Positions 49,902 to 59,726 of a DNA stretch of 64,000 nucleotides are shown here, piece by piece. The notes beneath the pieces are model-generated. The model ran no database searches. It saw nothing but the letters and a program-made list of their open reading frames with translations, and was not told the DNA's origin. Position numbers and translations under genes: made by a program. Every line of letters begins with the position of its first letter. The stretch's first letter is position 1. Origin of the DNA: a virus; IMG/VR virus record IMGVR_UViG_3300025154_000064, positions 24,975-88,974 of that record; one strand, given 5' to 3'.

Positions 49902-52900
49902 TTACTCACATACTTTGACCACCACGAAGTAGTCGTTAAAAAAATCCCCAGCGACGATAGTGAAATCCCGGCCGTCCATAATCAAATTGAATTCCTCTAT
50001 CTTCTTTTCGATCGGTATGGTGTCAGCCGGGAAGCGCTCTTCGAAGTTCGAAAGGTCTTCGTACCTGTGTTGGCGGTACAATTCCATTTGAAAAGATCTC
50101 GTTAACCCCACGCACATAACCTCACACGCATTTGCGCCGCCGTAAAGCAGCGCGACCATTACCAATACTATCAGTGCTTTTTTCATTAATCCCCCCCCAT
50201 GTTAAGATATTTTAAATTGTGCTCTACGGCATCCAAACAAAAATCAACCCACGAATTATGGTGGACAGCTGTTGCGTCGTGGCACGGGTCTTTTCCGGTT
50301 TCCGCGGCATCCAACCAGTATTCCGCCCACCCCTTAAAATACTCATCCATCTGATAGGCCAGTGACCGAGCAAGGTCGTACCACATCTCAGGTGAGTGCT
50401 CACCGCCAACCCGCTCGTCATAGACATAATCTGTGTCCCAGTCGCCATCTTCATCAACCGACCTTGCAATGACAAATCGTTTGCCGTTCACCCTGCCGAC
50501 GTCGAGAGCGTATGCGACTCTGTGCCACTGCACCGGACATTCCTTATCGCCGCAGCAATACACGCTCCAGTCGCCGGCTTCTGAACCCGACCAGTCAAAA
50601 TCCTCATCACCCATATCGAATGTTTCAAACATTTCGTCTATGGTCATGATGTGCTTTTCTGGCCGCCTGTAATCTCGAAGGGCCTTCTCAAGTTTCTTGA
50701 AACGCTCTTCCTGCGCCGGCGTCATCTGGATAACATTGTCAACCGTCCAACGGTGACCACAATCGCCGCAATAAAAATCCACCTTTGGGAAATCTTCAGG
50801 GCAGGTTGTTTTGGAATAGTCGACCTTCTCGTCTTCGACATAAATCGATTCGCACTTCGGGCACTTGATGCCGTATTCATCGTACCATTCGATCGCATCG
50901 TCTGGCGGATCCCCCGGGCACTCAGTCATTGGGTTTCTCATTCGTCACCTTCCTTTTGATGTTCCACCCAGTCCCAGTAACCGAGTAGTGTATTGTCGTC
51001 ACGGACCTCTCTGTGCCAATCATTGCGGGTCCACTCTGGATCTTCCTTCCAGATGTCTTGCTCTTCGACCGTGATCTTGAAGGCTTCCGGGTTCTTGATA
51101 TTGGCGACAACGTTAAACCATTTGAGAGCGTCTTTCTCGCTATCGTCGTCACGGTAATAGGCGCGTTGAGAGCCTATGCCGTTGTCTCCGGCAGGTGAGT
51201 CAATTTGACCCTCATTAAACTCAACACCATAAACCAGCTGCGTTACGGTTATTCGATATTGCACGGTTCACCTCCAACAAAAGTTTTGACAAGCTCCAGA
51301 ACCTTATACGCAAGACGGCTCGCCTCTTCGGCGTTTTCACCCTGTTCTTTTGTTGTGTAATTCCACCACTCTTGAAACGGAGATGATTCGACGGTACATT
51401 TGCGTTTGTAATAAGACTTCCTTCTCGTATCTGGCCACGGACAGTCCGCGCATCTGGACTTAATGTAAGCTTCACACAGCGGGCATCCATATTCGTATTC
51501 ATCAAAAGGTAACTCACCTTCTGCGTAAAGCTCCCTTATCGTACTTCCTTTAAAGAACGAACCAGTTTCGGCCAGCCTTTGCCACAGTATTACGCATTCT
51601 TCTTCAGGTGTCATGTTCGTTACCCCCTCCTACATAATAATCCTGCTCAAGCCACACCTTGATCGATGAATATGGCGCCAAGTAGCCATTCACGGTCGCC
51701 AATACTGGCTGGTAAAGAGATCCCGGGAAGGCTTTTCCCTCGAATCCGGAAAGGCACACCTCGCCGCGGACATAACAGCTTTTGTTATTGCGGAATTCGT
51801 AGACAAAGCCGGCTTTCTCGAGAACCTGGCTTACATGCAGAGGTTCGATTCTATCATACAAGCTGAGCATCGGCGTTGTGAATGCCGGAAATCCAGACAT
51901 GTTACCAATCCAAACGATCGATCCGGCCGGCGATACCCGCATCTGGCACGCTTCCGGACTAACCATCTTCGCGCTCACAATCCACTTCGGAAGTCTTTCG
52001 AGAAGGCACCAGCTATCATGCTTTTCCATATGACCGGCAAGCGCTTCCATCTTCTTCCAATGATCTTTCCAAAGTTCCTTGAGGAAGACAATTCGATTGT
52101 CAAAAAAGCTCATACCGAATAGACCTGCTGGCTTTTCGGCATAATCCAAAAAGCCTTTCCTGAACCTCAATTCCTTTACGCAATCGTCATCCAACTGGAC
52201 GATAGCCAGATCCGGGTAGGCGCTAAACCAGCTATCCGTAGAGTGGCACAGCATCAATAGGTGTTTCATGTAGGCACCTCCTTCGGTTCAAAGAACCTCG
52301 CTTCTTTTCCGCAACTACCTATCCCCATTCCTCGTTCGTTCTGTGCGTAAAAGTTTTGTGCCAGGCCTGTAAGTCGATGCGGACGGATGCACTTACCTTC
52401 ACTATGAGAGCTTAAATAACGGCAATCGATACACTTCGGATATTTTTTCTTCATGCCAGCACACCCCCTTCGCACCAGTAAGGCAGGAAGTTCCGAATAT
52501 GGCTGTCATGGTTCGTGTGGACCACCTCCAATTCGATCTCGATACCCTTCTTTTCCGCCGCCTGGATAAGCCGTGTTTGATCGCAGTCTTCTTCGAGGTA
52601 AGCGACCGGGCCCTTCCGGTAAGAATAGTGGGTTATCTTGTTGGCTATCCCGAGGTACCGCAACGTCGCCATGCCAATTTCCACCCAGCCGTGGCCCGGG
52701 TCGTTATACTTTGTCAAAAAAAGTTTCTTTTCCATTTTTAAATCACTCCTATTTCTTCGAGTTTTAGCCAGGTGCGCTTCAGGCATTCGTTCGGGCCGAG
52801 AGCGTTACATGGGCACCTTGTTGATATTACGCCGATAAAGCTCCTGCAAACATAACAGTCGTCCCTTGACAACGGCCATTGTGGACAATGATTACATGGC

Positions 52901-55722
52901 CTTTCCTTTGACAGCATGACTAAGAGCGCGTTGATGTGAAGCGCTTCGTGGTATTCCTCATCGGTAAAAAACGGATTATCCATAAACGTTCTCCCATGGG
53001 TCTGGCTCCGATTCAATTTCTTCAATCTTGATCCCGGTTAGTGTGAAGATATCAGCCCACTCGAACCCGCACCTATGGCAGTGTACGCCTTGAGAAATAT
53101 AGTCTCCACAATGGCTTGTACTCCCACTGTCTATATCAACGCTATAACACCGAGGACAATAGACGCCACCTTTGGCGAGATAATCTTCTTCCATTTTTTT
53201 ATAGTTCATTTCGGCAACCTCTCAATCCTGTTTTTAGCCTGGTCGAACTCGCATGGTGTCCAGCTGACAAGCTCTTCCTGTTCATCCACAGTCAAGCCGT
53301 CCAGGACCATTGCCATAAAAGGGTCGATCTCATGCGATCCCCAGAAGAAGTGTTGGTCTTGGGTTTTCATTCAAGCCTCCGGTCCTTTCGTGATGTCTAC
53401 CCGGTTGAAAGTGTAAATGTCGGTCCATTGCGATCCGCAATCGTCGCAATTCGCATCCTGGGTGACCTCGTTCATTCCCATTTCAAGGCAACCATAGGTA
53501 ATATCTGACGTTCCACACACTGGACAAGTTTCAGGTTCCATTCAAACCTCCAAAACACGGCTTTTGGCCTCATCGATATCTTCAGGTATGCTCGATCCGA
53601 TATCACTAAAGAGCTCCATATCGCCATAATATAAGCCATCGTAATAAATCAGATCTTCCACATATTTCAGTGATTTGTGCTGAAAGAATTTGTCGAGAGT
53701 GTGTATCCAACAAGCATAGGTAACCTGAACATTCTCAAACGGCCCGAAGAACGGCCCAGATGCACCCCAGGCATCCATGTCTTCGGTAACTGTTTTTCTT
53801 CCATGATAAAGATGTATATAAATTGCCATCACTCCCCCTCCTACCAGTCACACTGGTTCTGCCACGCGGCCTCATCCACCCGCTCGGCGATCATAATGGC
53901 GCACTCATCGCAGATTTCGCCTTCGTTGCACTCGTTCTCGCCGCAGAATTCGCAGATGGTCATAAGCACCCACCGCAGCACCCATGGGGCACGACTTCAT
54001 TAACCTTCTTGAGAACTTCTACCCTCAAATCAAACGGAAAACCGGCCGGCCATGGATGAATTTTCCACTCGCCCTTGGCTATATGATAGTCTCCATAACC
54101 AGCATTAATGGTACGTCCACCAGATACAAGGCAGTCACCAAACTCCCACACACAGCCATTGATAGTTACGATCAGGTTTCCATCGCAAAGCTTTGGCCAT
54201 GCCCCATCATAGTTGATCTCAATCATCGGTCCCCCTTTGGTAGCCTGCACGGAAAGTCACTCTTGAATAGCGTCGAGAAGCCGGCCTGAAGCGTTTGAGG
54301 TATCACGCTACCCACATTTCCCTTCTCTTTCCATGGACCGTATTTGTAACCATACCGCGTTTTATCTTGAAATCTCATGAACAAAACGCCATCGCTTCTT
54401 ATCGCGGCCTGGATCAAGCCATGTATCCCGCCGGCGTATTTGGCTAAGACTTTCATCGAACCTCCTTAACCCAGAAAAGTGTGCCACATAGGATGCACCG
54501 ATGGCGGGATACCTCGAACACTTCATCCGGAATAAAGAAATCGAAATCCCATATCCCAACATTAACGCTTTCTCTGTTTATCTCAATCGCATCGCCACCG
54601 CATTTAGGACAGTTCATGCCGCCTCTCTTTCTGCATCTGACCATGCATCCAACATGTTGACGATACCCTCCAGCGCTCTCCTCGCATCAGACGTCATATC
54701 GCCGCCGGCACAGACCTCTCCAAGAATAAGCCGCTGCTCTTCAAGGTAATCCACATTCACGTTTTCGAAGGTGATAGCACGGTGTTTGGGAATGATAATG
54801 GACCGAGCGTTGACGGTTGTTCCCAAACCAGGCGCCGGTCGAAGCGTTTCGCTGAAAGCCTCCCACTCTTCCTGAGTCGGAACAGATAGGTTATATTTCT
54901 TTTCATTACCCGATGCCAGCCATCCTGAGCAATAATCGCCATGCTTCAGGATGAGATAGAACGCATCTGGGTAGTCGGAAGGTGGTTGCCATATTTTGGA
55001 CATGCCTTTCTTGCGGTCCATAATTTTTGTGCAAGCAGTGCACCATGGTTCACAGTCACCAAAGGCAGCCGCTCTTTTCCCGCACTTCGGACATTCCCAG
55101 GCTGGCGCGTAAATATACTCACCCTTAATGTGGCAATCCACAACACACCCGGGATCGCCCGCCGTCATCCGGACAGAAAAACGAGCGTTGCATTTGTCGC
55201 AATAGATGGCCGCGTGCGATACAGAGGTGAATTTCGAGTGCCCACATACCGGGCAGGTTAAGGCGTCCCACTCGAACGGGTTGAATCCGCCGATGTTCTC
55301 GATACAGAATGTCATACCCCCACCTCCGCATCTTCCAGCGCACGACGTCGCGCTACCAATGCCAGAGTCAACGGCTCGATCTGCTCCCGGCACCACAGCT
55401 TCGCCATCATTTCGGCCAAAAACCATGTCTGTGCGCTGAAAGTTTTCTCCATCACACGAACACCCGGGAAAACTTTCTCCCGTTAGCCCCACATCGAGTG
55501 AAGCGGGTGGCCGCCAATAAGAACGCGCTCTCCAAACCGCAATGATTCATGAAGCTGAAGGTTTTCGTCAGCAGGTAGGCACACAGCGCCGGTAACGGTT
55601 ACCAGATCACCAAGGATTGGCTTCTGTTGGCCTAAGCGGTCGGTTGTAAGCCGGGCGTGAAGGTCGTTCCCAAGTTTTACGGATATTAATCTCATGCTAT
55701 TCCTCCTTAAATTCGGTTCCAA
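49902..55722 (-). other. Cluster of small leftward hypothetical genes, many with zinc ribbons (e.g. 49902..50186, 50186..50941, 50938..51264, 51249..51614, 51604..52269, 52451..52735, 52738..52984, 52976..53209, 53371..53541, 53542..53832, 53960..54226, 54223..54456, 54453..54617, 54614..55315, 55483..55695)
   Basis: Contiguous, translationally coupled ORFs; no family recognised with confidence. Starts approximate. Confidence 0.6.
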
Positions 55723-56224
55723 ATATTATTTTAAAGTGGATAGCCTGCTTTTCCCTTGCGGCATCCCTTGCGGCATCCCTTGCGGCATCCCTTGCGGCAG
55801 CCCATGCGGCATCCCTTGCGGCATCCCTTGCGGCAGCCCTTGCGGCATCCCATGCGGCATCCCTTGCGGCAGCCCATGCGGCAGCCCATGCGGCAGCCAA
55901 CTCTTCTTCTGAAGCTTCACCGTGTGCAAAAAGGTGCACAGTTCTCACAGCGTCACGGCTTCTTTTATCTTCCATGAGATGCAAAATATCCTGACAACAA
56001 GCCACGGCAAAGAGTCTGTATCTCTTCGCAATATCATCCCCTTCGAGTGCCGATTTGGGGACCCATAACACATCGTTAAGCCCATTAATTTCCAGAATCT
56101 TTACAAGCTGGATGGGTGTCTCGTCTTTAAACCCTCTACCAAGACCTTTCTTCAGATGCTTGTAGCGTTCGGTGCAGGCTTTCGCCTCTCGCAATTTCTT
56201 TAATGTCGTGTAGGGTATCATCAA
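55697..56224 (-). CDS. Phage protein with Ala-rich tetrapeptide repeats (AAWA/AARD)
   Basis: N-terminal LKKLREAKACTERY..RLFAVAC; C-terminal (AA[W/R][A/D])n. Confidence 0.8.
   Translation of the reverse strand: MMIPYTTLKKLREAKACTERYKHLKKGLGRGFKDETPIQLVKILEINGLNDVLWVPKSALEGDDIAKRYRLFAVACCQDILHLMEDKRSRDAVRTVHLFAHGEASEEELAAAWAAAWAAARDAAWDAARAAARDAARDAAWAAARDAARDAARDAAREKQAIHFKIIFGTEFKEE
55753..55898. repeat. 12-bp coding tandem repeat CCC(T/A)TGCGGCA(T/G), about 12 copies
   Basis: Directly visible; encodes the tetrapeptide repeat. Confidence 0.95.
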
Positions 56225-57123
56225 AAATGCTCCAAACTCCTAATGGTTGCCTCATGCTTTGCGCACGCATAAGAGTTCACATGCTCCCGCAGCGCCGCCG
56301 TGACCACGATCTTCGCCAGCACAGCTTCATTCGGGTTGTAATCGGCAGGATCAATCGCGCCGCTTCTCCTATATCGCAAGATCGTAATGCGAAGGTCATC
56401 TATCACCCGCTCAAGCAGCTCGTTTATCTTTTCCCCGTGTCCCATCTTCTGCCTCCATGAGTTTCGACCAGCGGTTTCTCAAATCCTCAGCCACCAAGTA
56501 GGCCACAAACTTCTGCATATCTGGGTCGAAGTGCTTGTGAACAACAAAAAAGGCGCCAATAAGGTTCCTGACGGCGCGGATCTTCCACGGGTTGGCTTTC
56601 TTTTCCTTAAGTTTATCTTCCAGCGCCGCCAGCAGTGCCAGTGTGAGCGAGGTGTAGTTCTCGATTTCCATGTCCTGCAGGTAGTTTTGGAAGGCATCAA
56701 GGATTGCGTTCAGCCGCTTCATGCCGGCGGAATCCAGCTGGCCAGGCCATTGGGTAAAGGCATGGTCGCATGAATGCTTGACGGCCTTTAACGCACCGGA
56801 AAGTTCCATCAAATCGTCTTCTGGTAACTTTTCCAGCAAGGTGTTCGCCTGTGATTCGGCGATCGCAAGAACGGCAATGGTGTTTATGAAGGCTGTGCTG
56901 GCCATTGCGCCTCCCTTCCGGCTTGTTGGAACAGGTCAGCTGTTCTTTCCGGGTCGATTTCAACGAGGTCGCCTTGATAGATGTAGGCAGGACTATCGCC
57001 ATCGATTACCGTGTTGTGGTCGCAGTCCTCGTCGTAATCGCAGATGGTCACATCAACTTCCGTGTTGGTGACGATAGACGTGATAACTCCGCCTTCAATG
57101 GCGATCCAAATTTTTGGTTTCAT
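56221..57123 (-). CDS. Three hypothetical proteins (56221..56445, 56411..56905, 56884..57123)
   Basis: Overlapping ORFs with RBSs directly downstream of the array locus. Confidence 0.6.
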
Positions 57124-57155
57124 AGCTGGTTCTCCTTAGGGTTGGGATTCTGGGA

Positions 57156-57179
57156 CACCAAGGCGCGAGGGCCTTGGTG
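57156..57179. promoter_or_regulatory. 9-bp hairpin immediately 3' of the last array unit
   Basis: CACCAAGGC-gcgagg-GCCTTGGTG. Confidence 0.6.
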
Positions 57180-57181
57180 GT

Positions 57182-57334
57182 TGGTACGCAAGAACCATCT
57201 GTGGTTAAAAGCTGAAGTGGCTCGCATACGAATCCTGTGTTTGAAATACTTCTTGGCTCGCAATTTAATCATGTGGCTAAAAGCGTTTTTGGCTCGCATT
57301 CGGATACTGTGTTTAATTATTCATCTGGCTGTCA
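57182..57334 (-). ncRNA. TIGR-like dual-repeat guide array, segment 4 (4 units of 36 nt)
   Basis: Plus strand: TGGCTCGCA-like at 57182, 57218, 57254, 57290, 57326, alternating with TGTGTTTAA-like at 57200, 57236, 57272, 57308; all spacers 9 nt and unique. Confidence 0.88.
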
Positions 57335-57338
57335 AACA

Positions 57339-57989
57339 TCAATTAACCATAGGCTGCACTGGCCGCCCGGCTGGCGCAACCGCCATGCCAACGTCGTAAG
57401 CTGTCTTGGCCGCAATCAATGCCGCCTTCAACTTTTTGATTTGCTCGTGCTGCTCAATGATGGTCCGCTCTTGTTCGGCGATGATCTCATCCTTCTGCGA
57501 GAGCTGCCTCATCAGGCTTTCAACCGTCGGTTTGGCGACCACTGGTTCCTCGCGCTTGGCCTTCAGTTCCGGCTTCTCGTGCTTTGCGATGACCTTCTCG
57601 ACAAGCGCCGGCGTGACTTTCTCAATTGGAACAGATGCCAAGTCGTTAAAGACTTTTTCTTTTCCGACGGCGCCACACCGATGGTGCGCTGCAATTGGGA
57701 TAGACGGACCATACTTCACAGCCTCGACTGGTGCGCCGATAAAGGCGAGCTTGAGGTCACCGTACCGGCCTGGGGAAAGGTCGAACATGGTTTTCACATA
57801 TTCGTTAAAGGATGCGTTCTTAAATCTCGGGTTTTCCCTGAAGCGCTTGGTGTAATCCAAGTAATACAACGCACGGATGAAATTCTTCTGGTGCCTCAGC
57901 TCAAGAATTTTCTCACGTGCCGCTTCGGTTTCGATCTGGGTAATGGATCTGGTGTCATACTTTTTTTTCAATTCTTCGATAGCTTGCAT
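57339..57989 (-). CDS. Uncharacterised protein nested between array segments (helical N-terminus, C-terminal coiled coil)
   Basis: 216 aa, RBS AAAGGA; NASFNEYVKTMFDLSPGRY is HTH-like; heptad-rich C-terminus. Confidence 0.8.
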   Translation of the reverse strand: MQAIEELKKKYDTRSITQIETEAAREKILELRHQKNFIRALYYLDYTKRFRENPRFKNASFNEYVKTMFDLSPGRYGDLKLAFIGAPVEAVKYGPSIPIAAHHRCGAVGKEKVFNDLASVPIEKVTPALVEKVIAKHEKPELKAKREEPVVAKPTVESLMRQLSQKDEIIAEQERTIIEQHEQIKKLKAALIAAKTAYDVGMAVAPAGRPVQPMVN

Positions 57990-58014
57990 TGTTTTTTTCC
58001 TTTTTTGGGTTTGG

Positions 58015-58312
58015 GGTGACGCATTGGCAAATTGTGTTTAAATGGAACCCTGGCTCGCAAAATGATGATGTGCCTAATCCAAAGTTTGACTCGCAATAAT
58101 TTTCTGTGTTTAACTTTCCAGCTGGCTCGCATCCTCAAGCTGTGTTTAAAAAAAATAGATGGCTCGCAACCTCGGATCGTGTTTAATTTTGGCGCTGGCT
58201 CGCAAACGTTTTTTGTGATTAATCGTGAAAATGGCTCGCAAAGTACCAATAGGGTTAATCTTCATAATGGCTTGCAGGTTCATTGTGTGTTTAACCGGAA
58301 CAGTGGCTTCCC
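58015..58312 (-). ncRNA. TIGR-like dual-repeat guide array, segment 3 (8 units)
   Basis: Edge repeats at 58015, 58051, 58087, 58123, 58160, 58196, 58232, 58268, 58304; loop repeats at 58033, 58069, 58105, 58141, 58178, 58214, 58250, 58286. One spacer is 10 nt (A-run). Confidence 0.92.
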
Positions 58313-58348
58313 CGGTGGCCACCAACAGACGACCACCCAGTACTTTCT

Positions 58349-59206
58349 TTATGCCTCTACCAACTCTTCCACCTCAACCTCGATATCTTTCTTAAAATAA
58401 AACGGCTCGATAATCCCGGTATGTCCCAAGATCGTCCCAGCATAAGGCTCGCTGACCGGCTTCCCGTCAAGCGTCCGCGCGACGGTCCAGAAGTGGGACA
58501 AAAATAACTTCACCGTCTCGTGCTTCGCCATGTTTAAACGATGGCCTTTGGTGGCGTCCGGATGGGTCCGTTCACGTTTTCGCTTGGAAGCTTCCAGGAA
58601 GGTTTTATACTGTTCGTCTGCCGGATGCCGGTTAACCTGTTCGCCAAAGTGATAGGTAACTACCCGGCCGCGGCTCGACCAGTCCGAGACGGTTCCTTTC
58701 TTTCGCTTCGGCATCTTCCCGTCAATGACGTGCCGCCCCATGTAATGCCACCACCCGGAAATATTGGCGAAATCCTTCTCTTCAATGGCATGATGGGTGT
58801 GGCCTTCGCCCTTGGCGCTCTTCTGGCAAGTCGAGCACCAGAAGGTGTTGAAAGATTTGCCTTCCTCCTCGACAGCTTTCTTCTCAAGTTTAGTGCCGCA
58901 CTTCTCGCACACCGGCGTGAAGCGGTAATAATAGAGCAGGACCAAATTCCCGGCGATGAAAGGGCCGGCACCAGGGACGTGCTTCAGCCACTCGGTCCAG
59001 ACCGGATAAAATTCGAGGTCCTTTTCGATGTTCCGGGACAGCTTGCCTTTAATACTTTCCAGATTCTTTATGAGGTCCTGGTGTTTCTCGCTGGCATCAG
59101 GGTTCATCGACCCGAGCCGGTTTTTCGTCGAAACGAGCATCTTGCAAAGGTCATCATAGGTCCTGCAATTGAAGCTTAAATTTCTTACTACCATTTCGTC
59201 TATCAT
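58349..59206 (-). CDS. Nop/IS110-C-terminal-like RNA-binding protein (TasA-like) with a CxxC-x20-CxxC insertion
   Basis: 285 aa from ATG 59206 (RBS AAAGGA). Coiled-coil N-terminus; WLKHVPGAGPFIAGNL; DFANISGWWHYMG; KRKKGTVSDWS; GHRLNMAK..KLFLSHFW..R..DGKPVSEPY..LGH. No DEDD/RuvC domain. Confidence 0.85.
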   Translation of the reverse strand: MIDEMVVRNLSFNCRTYDDLCKMLVSTKNRLGSMNPDASEKHQDLIKNLESIKGKLSRNIEKDLEFYPVWTEWLKHVPGAGPFIAGNLVLLYYYRFTPVCEKCGTKLEKKAVEEEGKSFNTFWCSTCQKSAKGEGHTHHAIEEKDFANISGWWHYMGRHVIDGKMPKRKKGTVSDWSSRGRVVTYHFGEQVNRHPADEQYKTFLEASKRKRERTHPDATKGHRLNMAKHETVKLFLSHFWTVARTLDGKPVSEPYAGTILGHTGIIEPFYFKKDIEVEVEELVEA

Positions 59207-59282
59207 GCTGTTTTTCCTTTGTTGTTTTGCCGTAATAGTACGGCGGTTACAGAGTTGGTGCCGCAAAAGCGCGGCGGTTTTT

Positions 59283-59363
59283 GGTTAAGCATTTCCTATT
59301 TGTGTTTTAAAAGGAAAATGGCTCGCAAGACATTAATGTATTCAATTTTCAAAATAGCTCGAA
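59283..59363 (-). ncRNA. TIGR-like array, segment 2 (2 degenerate units)
   Basis: ..GCA-TTTCCTATT-TGTGTTTTA-AAAGGAAAA-TGGCTCGCA-AGACATTAA-TGTATTCAA-TTTTCAAAA-TAGCTCGAA keeps the 9-nt register. Confidence 0.7.
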
Positions 59364-59466
59364 CATCTTTTATTCCTGTTTGTTTCTCACATATGATCTT
59401 TCCAGATCTAAACCTATCTCTTTGACGCATCTTTTCGCGGCTTTTAAATGTTTTAGTACATAGCAT
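59296..59466 (-). CDS. Possible small basic ORF (56 aa) starting in the gap between array segments 1 and 2
   Basis: RBS GAGGTGG; MLCTKTFKSREKMRQRDRFRSGKIICEKQTG...; 3' part overlaps array units. Confidence 0.3.
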   Translation of the reverse strand: MLCTKTFKSREKMRQRDRFRSGKIICEKQTGIKDVRAILKIEYINVLRAIFLLKHK

Positions 59467-59483
59467 CTTTCCACCTCATGATA

Positions 59484-59726
59484 TTTGTTTAACCGATTCA
59501 GTTGCTCGCACTGGCAAGTTGTGTTTAAAATCAAACCTGGCTCGCAAGCTGGGTATGTGTTTAAAGAACGTCCTGGCTCGCAAGCCTGATCTGTGTTTAA
59601 TAAGGACAATGGCTCGCACAACAAGCCTGTGTTTAACGGCCGGAATGGCTCGCAATTGCTTTTTGTGTTTAATTTCATGGCTGGCTCGCAATCTGTTTCT
59701 GTGTTTAATCGAAACTTTGGCTTATC
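59484..59726 (-). ncRNA. TIGR-like dual-repeat guide array, segment 1 (6 complete units plus a half unit)
   Basis: Edge repeats at 59502, 59538, 59574, 59610, 59646, 59682, 59718; TGTGTTTAA at 59520, 59556, 59592, 59628, 59664, 59700; exact 36-nt period. Confidence 0.95.

Noticed and set aside
55753-55898. 12-bp tandem repeat as a second guide array or regulatory repeat
   Set aside because: It has no unique spacers and encodes an Ala-rich tetrapeptide repeat inside an ordinary phage ORF.
38098-58831. Possible self-targets of guides: 15/18 at 38098-38115, 12 contiguous nt at about 48763, 11 contiguous nt at about 58821
   Set aside because: With 20 guides and 128 kb of searchable strand, matches of this quality are roughly expected by chance. 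No perfect 18-mer was noticed, although my manual search was not exhaustive.
58349-59206. Calling the gene an IS110 transposase or insertion sequence
   Set aside because: It lacks the N-terminal DEDD RuvC-like domain, is short, and is flanked by periodic arrays rather than IS ends.
57182-59726. Calling the arrays CRISPR
   Set aside because: Repeats are two alternating 9-mers with 9-nt spacers, not 23-47-nt repeats with about 30-nt spacers, and there is no cas1/cas2 or Cas effector. The Cas4-like gene at 27586 lies in the recombination module.
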